A DNA stretch of 18,244 nt from Myxococcota bacterium. Lineage in GTDB: Bacteria > Myxococcota_A > Polyangia > Polyangiales > Sandaracinaceae. Below, piece after piece: positions 14,427-18,244 of the stretch. Every line of letters begins with the position of its first letter. Position 1 is the stretch's first letter. The stretch covers positions 1 to 18,244 of the forward strand of contig JAYZQJ010000214.1 in NCBI GenBank assembly GCA_036149055.1, read 5' to 3'. The position numbers and the translations under genes are program-made. Below the pieces are notes generated by a model. The model searched no databases and was not told the DNA's origin. It worked only from the letters and a program-made list of their open reading frames with translations.

Positions 14427-16049
14427 ATGCCTACCTTCAAGCTCGACGGCCAAGAGATCCCCTTCGAGGAAGGCGACACGATCATCCGCGCGGCGTACCG
14501 CGCGGGGGTCGAGATCCCGCACTACTGCTGGCACCCCGGGCTGAGCATCGCGGCCAACTGCCGCATGTGCCTGGTCGAGATCCGCAGCGGTCGTCAGATG
14601 GCGCTCCCCGTCCTCAAGTGGGACGAGAAGAAGAAGGAGTACGTCGAGGCGACCAAGCCGAAGCTCCAGCCCGCCTGCCAGGTCCCGGCCGGCGAGGACA
14701 TGGAGGTCTACGCGGCGAGCGAGGTCGCGCTGAAGGCCCAGGAGTCGACGCAGGAGTTCCTGCTCCTCAACCACCCGGTCGACTGCCCGATCTGCGACCA
14801 GGCCGGCGAGTGCAAGCTCCAGGACTACTGGCTGACCTCGCAGAAGAAGCTGAAGCGCAAGAAGACCGAGCCGGTCCACAAGCCCAAGGGCGTGCGCTTC
14901 GGGCCGACCATCGTCTACGACGCCGAGCGCTGCATCATGTGCACGCGCTGCATCCGCTTCTGCGACGAGGTGGTGGGCGACCACGTGCTCGACATGCGCG
15001 AGCGCGGCAACACCAACGAGATCGTGCTGAGCCCGGGTCGCGAGCTCGACCACGACTACACGCTGATGACCGAGCACGTCTGCCCGGTCGGCGCGCTCAC
15101 GAGCCGCGACTTCCGCTTCAAGGCGCGGGTGTGGTTCCTCAAGAGCAGCCCCGGCGTCTGCAACGGCTGCGCGACCGGCTGCAACACCTGGGTCGACCAC
15201 GACCCGCGCTACCAGCGCGTCTACCGCCTGCGCCCCCGCGACAACGAGGAGGTCAACGGCTACTGGATGTGCGACGACGGCATGATGACCTACCACGGCT
15301 TCCACGAGGACCGGATCCTGACCGGCCGCGTGCGGGCCGGCGGCCGCGTCAACGAGGCGCCGCGGGAGCTCGCGGTGCAGGCGGCGGCCAAGGTCCTCGA
15401 GAAGGTCGAGAAGGGCAAGCTCGCGGTGGTGCTCAGCGCCCAGCACGCGAGCGAGGACAACTACGTCCTGCACAAGCTCGCCCGCGAGCACTTCGGCACC
15501 GACCACGTCTACCTGACGGCGAAGCCGGACTGGAAGGCCGACGACATCCTCCGTCACCGCGACCAGAACCCGAACCGGGCCGGCGCGCTGGCGGTGGCGG
15601 GCGGCAAGGCGAAGTCGATGGAGGACCTGGTGAAGGACGTCGAGTCCGGCGTCGTCACCGCGGTGATCTCCCTCGGCGCGGCGACCACCTTGAACGAGGC
15701 CGAGCTGGCCCCGCTGGCGAACCTCGAGGGGGTCGGCGGCGCGGCGCACGTGAACCTCACCAGCAACGCGGGCGCGCTCGCGAGCGCGGCGAGCGTGGTG
15801 GTCCCGGTCGCGAGCCACGCCGAGATGAGCGGCACGTTCATCAACGCGCAGGGCATCGCGCAGCAGTTCAAGAAGGCGGTCCGGGCGCCCGGCGGCATCA
15901 AGACCGCGTGGGAGACCCTGATCGAGATCGGCGCGCACCTCGGCTGGACGGTCGACATCGCGCGCCTCAACGACGTTCGCAAGGACATGCCCGCGAAGCT
16001 CCCGAGCGCCACGGGCGCGTCCAGCGCGCCGGCGGCCCCGGCCAGCTGA
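14427..16049 (+). CDS. nuoG: NADH:quinone oxidoreductase subunit G (short, 540 aa)
   Basis: ATG at 14427 after AGGAAG (MPTFKLDG). Fe-S motifs: IPHYCWHPGLSIAANCRMC...PAC (N1b), NHPVDCPICDQAGEC (N5), CIMCTRC...CPVGAL (N4) and CNGCATGC...WMCD (N7). C-terminal EMSGTFINAQG. Confidence 0.93.
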   Translation: MPTFKLDGQEIPFEEGDTIIRAAYRAGVEIPHYCWHPGLSIAANCRMCLVEIRSGRQMALPVLKWDEKKKEYVEATKPKLQPACQVPAGEDMEVYAASEVALKAQESTQEFLLLNHPVDCPICDQAGECKLQDYWLTSQKKLKRKKTEPVHKPKGVRFGPTIVYDAERCIMCTRCIRFCDEVVGDHVLDMRERGNTNEIVLSPGRELDHDYTLMTEHVCPVGALTSRDFRFKARVWFLKSSPGVCNGCATGCNTWVDHDPRYQRVYRLRPRDNEEVNGYWMCDDGMMTYHGFHEDRILTGRVRAGGRVNEAPRELAVQAAAKVLEKVEKGKLAVVLSAQHASEDNYVLHKLAREHFGTDHVYLTAKPDWKADDILRHRDQNPNRAGALAVAGGKAKSMEDLVKDVESGVVTAVISLGAATTLNEAELAPLANLEGVGGAAHVNLTSNAGALASAASVVVPVASHAEMSGTFINAQGIAQQFKKAVRAPGGIKTAWETLIEIGAHLGWTVDIARLNDVRKDMPAKLPSATGASSAPAAPAS

Positions 16050-16062
16050 GGAACCAGAACCG

Positions 16063-17472
16063 ATGATTCTCCTCCTCGTCTCGACCCTCGCGAAGATCGG
16101 CTTCGTCCTGGCGCTGCTCCTCGGCATCGCGCCGCTGCTCGTCTGGGCGGAGCGCCGTCAGAGCTCGATGATCCAGGACCGCGTCGGCCCGGTCCGCGCC
16201 GGCCTCCCGCTGCCCGCGCCGCTGGCGGAGTTCATCCGCGGCCCGGCCGCGTGGGGCGCCAAGGCGGTGAGCTTCGCCTCCTTCGGCTTCGCGGCCCTCG
16301 CGCTCATCGGCGGCCTCTACTTCCTCGCCACGTACGGCAGCCGCCCGGTCACCGAGAGCGGCATGAGCGCCAACACCTACTTCTGGATGGCCTTCGTCGC
16401 GTTCCTCGTGGGCGCCGTGCACTACCCGCTGAGCTGGGTGGTGAAGCACAGCGTCGACAAGCGGAACATGCTGACGGTCTTCGGCTTCCTGCACCCCGCG
16501 GCCGACTCGCTCAAGATGTTCTTCAAGGAGGACTTCGTCCCGCCGAACGCGGACAAGTTCCTCTTCCACATCGCGCCGATCATCGGCCTGATCCCGGCGC
16601 TCGCGACCTACGCGGTCATCCCCTTCGGCCCGGACCTCTACTGGGGCCCCGACGGTGACCCGCTGCTGCACCTCTTCAGCGTGGTGTCGCCCGAGGTCAT
16701 CGAGCAGGGGGCCATCTACGGGACCACCATCCCGCTCCAGGTCGCCAACCTGAACGTCGGCATCCTCTACATCTTCGCCATCGCGGGCACCGGCATCGTC
16801 GGCGCGGCCATCGCGGGCTACTCGTCGGACAACAAGTACTCGCTGCTCGGCGGCCTCCGCGCCGCGAGCCAGATGGTCAGCTACGAGGTCACCCTCGGCC
16901 TGACCCTGGTCGGCTGCTTCATGGTCTACGGCACGCTGCTGCTCGACGGCATGGTGCAGTGGCAGGTCGACAACCTCTGGGGCGTGTTCGTCCAGCCCCT
17001 CGGCTTCATCCTCTTCTTCGTCGCGGCCATCGCCGAGATGAAGCGCGTCCCCTTCGACGCGCCCGAGGGTGAGTCGGAGATCGTCGCCGGCTACTTCCTC
17101 GAGTACTCGGGCTTCAAGTTCGGCATGTTCATGACCGGCGAGTTCCTCGAGCACATCGTGAGCGGCTCGCTGATCGCGGTGCTCTTCTTCGGCGGCTACG
17201 ACGTCCCGTTCCTCTACTCGGACGGCTTCCACCTCGCCGACTACGTCGGCTTCGACATCCAGCTCCCGCACGTCGTGGTGGTGCTGATCGGGGTGGGCTC
17301 CTTCCTGCTGAAGACCTTCCTCTTCGTGTTCCTCTTCCTGCAGGTCCGCTGGACGCTCCCGCGCTTCCGCTACGACCAGATCATGCAGCTCTGCTGGAAG
17401 ATCATCCTTCCCCTCTCTCTCGCGAACATCCTGGTCACCGGCGTGGTGATCCTGATGATCCAGGGAGGCTGA
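16063..17472 (+). CDS. nuoH: NADH:quinone oxidoreductase subunit H, enlarged (469 aa)
   Basis: WAERR...QDRVGP, ADSLKMFFKED, SDNKYSLLGGLRAASQMVSYEV, AEMKRVPFDAPEGESEIVAGYFLEYSG and RWTLPRFRYDQIM. Confidence 0.96.
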   Translation: MILLLVSTLAKIGFVLALLLGIAPLLVWAERRQSSMIQDRVGPVRAGLPLPAPLAEFIRGPAAWGAKAVSFASFGFAALALIGGLYFLATYGSRPVTESGMSANTYFWMAFVAFLVGAVHYPLSWVVKHSVDKRNMLTVFGFLHPAADSLKMFFKEDFVPPNADKFLFHIAPIIGLIPALATYAVIPFGPDLYWGPDGDPLLHLFSVVSPEVIEQGAIYGTTIPLQVANLNVGILYIFAIAGTGIVGAAIAGYSSDNKYSLLGGLRAASQMVSYEVTLGLTLVGCFMVYGTLLLDGMVQWQVDNLWGVFVQPLGFILFFVAAIAEMKRVPFDAPEGESEIVAGYFLEYSGFKFGMFMTGEFLEHIVSGSLIAVLFFGGYDVPFLYSDGFHLADYVGFDIQLPHVVVVLIGVGSFLLKTFLFVFLFLQVRWTLPRFRYDQIMQLCWKIILPLSLANILVTGVVILMIQGG

Positions 17473-17479
17473 GAGACCC

Positions 17480-18064
17480 ATGGCCTACAAGATCTCGAAG
17501 CCCAAGCGCTCCCTCGGTGACCAGGCCTACGTGGCCGAAGCGGCCAAGGGCCTCGCGCTGACCATCAGCCGGTTCTTCAAGAACACGTTCTCCAAGGAGG
17601 AGAACAAGGTCATCGCCACCGTCCAGTACCCGGACGAGGTGCGCGAGTACCCGGAGCGCTTCCGCGGCGTGCACCGGCTGACCCACCGCACCGACGGCAG
17701 CCCGCGCTGTGTGGCCTGCCTCTGCTGCAGCACCGCCTGCCCGGCGCAGTGCATCTACATCGAGCCGGCCGAGTACGAGCCCGGCGACGCGCGCTACGGC
17801 TACGAGCGCTACCCCAAGGTGTTCGTCATCGACGAGCTCCGTTGCATCTTCTGCGGCTACTGCGTCGAGGCCTGCCCCTGCGACGCCATCCGCATGGACA
17901 CGGGCGTTCACGTCCCGGCGTCGACCGAGCGGGAGCACTTCATCTTCGACAAGGAGACGTTGATGAGCATCCCCGGCCAGGACGGCACCTACGTCACCGC
18001 CAACCCCCGCCACGAGCCCGGCGATCCCAGCCACCCCGGGATCACCCGCGAGGCCGGTCACTGA
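17480..18064 (+). CDS. nuoI: NADH:quinone oxidoreductase subunit I
   Basis: TVQYP, RFRG and two ferredoxin motifs CVACLCCSTACP and CIFCGYCVEACP. Confidence 0.96.
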   Translation: MAYKISKPKRSLGDQAYVAEAAKGLALTISRFFKNTFSKEENKVIATVQYPDEVREYPERFRGVHRLTHRTDGSPRCVACLCCSTACPAQCIYIEPAEYEPGDARYGYERYPKVFVIDELRCIFCGYCVEACPCDAIRMDTGVHVPASTEREHFIFDKETLMSIPGQDGTYVTANPRHEPGDPSHPGITREAGH

Positions 18065-18070
18065 GCTTTT

Positions 18071-18224
18071 GGGAGGGTTTGGTGCAAACCCTCCCCCCAT
18101 TGGGCAAAGCGCCAATGGGGCCCCCCTCCGGACTCCGTCGGCGCGTCGCGCTGCGCGCTCGCGCCGCGACCCCAGCGACGGGGCGCTGGGGGCCCTGCGG
18201 CTCGCGCTCGCGCTGCGCGCGAGC
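18071..18224. repeat. Compound palindromic (REP/MITE-like or structured RNA) element
   Basis: Consecutive stems: GGGAGGGTTTG/CAAACCCTCCC (18071-18095), CCCCATTGG/CCAATGGGG (18095-18120), CCCCAGCG/CGCTGGGG (18170-18191) and GCTCGCGC/GCGCGAGC (18206-18224). The 13-bp direct repeat TCGCGCTGCGCGC occurs at 18146 and 18208. Confidence 0.65.
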
Positions 18225-18244
18225 TGGCCGCCCGCTGCCGCGGG

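Noticed and set aside
11714..14485. 923-aa antisense ORF (and 14367..16127, 15967..17481, 17435..18115) over the nuo genes
   Set aside because: Antisense frames stay open because of strong codon bias in highly expressed GC-rich genes. No independent evidence of coding.
1..18244. CRISPR array, tRNA/rRNA, transposase or integrase; frequent CTCGAG and GCGATCGC palindromes
   Set aside because: No repeat-spacer periodicity, RNA gene or recombinase motifs were seen. The short palindromes are explained by common codon pairs (Leu-Glu, Ala-Ile-Ala) and were not tested statistically.

Overview
Very GC-rich bacterial DNA, most consistent with a myxobacterium (Myxococcota, probably Polyangiales/Sandaracinaceae-like). 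This is inferred from the Cys-rich lipoprotein, a MYXO-CTERM-like sorting signal and a eukaryote-like kinase with a myxobacterial-type tail domain. Left to right: (1) a minus-strand gene missed by the ORF track (675 to <1) that contains a Gly/Ser slippage repeat; (2) a divergent 594-aa lipoprotein built from about 17 disulfide modules, 11 with knottin-like C-C-CC-C-C spacing, with no Lys, Trp or Tyr; (3) proC; (4) three minus-strand genes: a Ser/Thr kinase with a small CCHC N-terminal motif and a DUF2378/V4R-like C-terminal domain, an AGCS amino-acid:cation symporter, and a matrixin-like metalloprotease with a variant zinc motif, an internal MYXO-CTERM-like anchor and extra domains; (5) a divergent M1 aminopeptidase with HEAT repeats; (6) a complex I operon nuoA-B-C-D-G-H-I behind a near-consensus sigma70 promoter, lacking nuoE/F at the usual place and with a two-helix insertion in NuoH; (7) a multi-hairpin palindromic element after nuoI at the window edge. 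No rRNA, tRNA, CRISPR array or transposase was seen. All family calls come from motif recognition by eye; no searches were run.
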